Origin: Macrostomum lignano
Taxonomy: Eukaryota
DNA length: 64,000 nt
Direction: 5' to 3'
Assembly: GCA_002269645.1 (NCBI GenBank)
Contig: NIVC01000104.1
Coordinates: 587,179 to 651,178, forward strand
Translations under genes and position numbers: made by a program
Part shown: positions 62,625 through 64,000 of the stretch, piece after piece
How the letters are laid out: every line of letters begins with the position of its first letter
How positions within the stretch are numbered: the stretch's first letter is position 1
The notes under the pieces: model-generated
What the model was told of the DNA's origin: nothing
The model's input: the letters and a program-made list of their open reading frames with translations, nothing else
The model's database searches: none

Positions 62625-63998
62625 CTAGCCAGACCGCAGACACTTCGGCGTAGACACCTGAATAGTGTGCAGTACGAGAGGCTCGTCAATATTATTCGGA
62701 TCGGCTCCGTCATTCTCATTGGCGGCGTTCAATTCAGCAACGAATTTAGCGGCCGCGCCCGGCTCGTTGGGCACTTTGGTAACTTTCCAGTAAATCTCCG
62801 GACGGGGGCTAGAATCGCTAGAGTTGGACGAAGTAGCGCCAACTGGTGAATTATTAGATTTTTTGTCAACGTATCTAGCACTAGTCTCGCGAGTTCGAGA
62901 GCGACCAGTTCCATCGTTTCTCATAGTATTGTGATCTCTTTTGTTAAAGCGATCGCTTCTACTTCTGGCGTCGTTTCCGATCTCTTTATTACTTCTATTG
63001 TCCAAATAGCGCGAAGCTTCAATGTCAGAACCGTTAGTCTGGCCACTGCAGCCCGTCATTAAGCGCGTTATCCAATCTGCACCAATTTGATAATCGATCG
63101 AATTGCGACGTTCAAGGCCCTGTTCTGTTCTCTTTTCGTCGAGGCGCCGATTATTCCGGCTTTGTTGGCTGTTTGAGTAGCTCTCAGCGATGCTAGTAGC
63201 ATGCGAGTCAATGCTACAATGACTGTCATGACTGCTGCGATGTCTAGCACGATTGTCAGAGCGAGAGCGATGGTTAGATGAGACGGCACCGGATGAGTGC
63301 GGATTTATAATGTTTACCTTCCTTGACTGCATTTGGTGAAGATTTGGACTCGGATCCCGACGACGGCTCGGGCTAGGATATCCGCGATGACAGCTCGGGC
63401 TAGGATATCCGCGATGACAGCTCAGGCTTGGAGATTCGTGATGACGACTCGGGCTTGTAGATCCGTGATGACGTAGCGGGCTACGATATCCGTGATGGCG
63501 ACTTGGGCTTGGAGTTCCATGAAGACGAATCGGGCTTGGATATCTGTGAGAACGCCTGTAGCTGGGGGATCCGTAATGACGTATCGGGCTTGGAGATCTT
63601 TGAGGACGCCTGGAGCTTGGAGATCCGTGAGGACGGATCGGACTAGGATACCCACGAGGACGGATCGGGCTACGATATCCATGAGGACGGATCGGGCTAC
63701 GATATCCATGAGGACGTCTGAGGCTTGGAGATCCATGAAGACGAATCGGGCTTGGAGATTCGTGATGACGTCTGGAATTCGGAAATCTGTGGTGACGACT
63801 CGAAACTGGATATTCATGACTAGCGCTTTGGTTCGAATCCCGTTGACGATTTGAACAATTCGGGCTCCGACGCTGGTGATGATGACTCTGGCTTGGATAG
63901 TCTCGATGACGCTTCGGACTTGGATATCCATGATGTTGTCTTAAATCCTGTCGTCGATGTGGACTTGAATGTTTATGACGACTTGGACTACATTCCTG
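62625..63998 (-). CDS. Large exon (5'-truncated by the window edge) of an uncharacterised Arg/Ser/Pro/His-rich protein with 9-aa repeats
   Basis: One frame is stop-free from 63998 to 62625 (458 codons), extending the listed 235-aa ORF by 222 codons. About 20 repeats of S-P-x-R-x-H-G-[Y/S]-[P/R] show synonymous codon variation between units. Confidence 0.7.
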   Translation of the reverse strand, partial: QECSPSRHKHSSPHRRQDLRQHHGYPSPKRHRDYPSQSHHHQRRSPNCSNRQRDSNQSASHEYPVSSRHHRFPNSRRHHESPSPIRLHGSPSLRRPHGYRSPIRPHGYRSPIRPRGYPSPIRPHGSPSSRRPQRSPSPIRHYGSPSYRRSHRYPSPIRLHGTPSPSRHHGYRSPLRHHGSTSPSRHHESPSLSCHRGYPSPSCHRGYPSPSRRRDPSPNLHQMQSRKVNIINPHSSGAVSSNHRSRSDNRARHRSSHDSHCSIDSHATSIAESYSNSQQSRNNRRLDEKRTEQGLERRNSIDYQIGADWITRLMTGCSGQTNGSDIEASRYLDNRSNKEIGNDARSRSDRFNKRDHNTMRNDGTGRSRTRETSARYVDKKSNNSPVGATSSNSSDSSPRPEIYWKVTKVPNEPGAAAKFVAELNAANENDGADPNNIDEPLVLHTIQVSTPKCLRSG

Positions 63999-64000
63999 GT

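Overview
Repeat-rich animal genomic DNA with spliceosomal GT-AG introns, GC-rich exons and poly-Ala/Gln tracts. An invertebrate lophotrochozoan or flatworm such as Macrostomum is my inference, not something the sequence proves. I reconstructed six genes by hand from splice phases. (1) CFAP70/TTC18, minus strand, 7 exons from 6354 down to about 342. (2) A four-exon secreted, GPI-type folate-receptor-like protein, plus strand, 7969-9309, head-to-head with CFAP70. (3) A solitary replication-type histone H2B with its 3' stem-loop, minus strand, 12450-12815, surrounded by four orphan histone-type stem-loops. (4) A five-exon Dpr/ZIG-like two-Ig GPI-type cell-surface protein, minus strand, 39139-14999, with an apparent 1-nt frameshift. 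(5) An ELAV/Hu-family RNA-binding protein, minus strand, 56920 to about 42210, with RRM1 and RRM2 but no RRM3. (6) A gene running off the right edge that encodes an Arg/Ser/Pro/His-rich 9-aa-repeat protein. Introns are packed with more than 25 micro- and minisatellites, including a 5.8-kb 10-mer satellite with higher-order structure. DNA transposons include a deleted PIF/Harbinger element, a foldback element, hAT MITEs and a triple-nested hAT stack upstream of ELAV, each hAT element with its own 8-bp TSD. The most interesting signals are the inverted minisatellite arms enclosing ELAV exon 5, the two-RRM ELAV with a dual-frame last exon, the orphan histone stem-loops and the nested composite hAT elements. 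Nearly all long ORFs in the supplied track are satellite artefacts. There are no CRISPR arrays, rRNAs or tRNAs.
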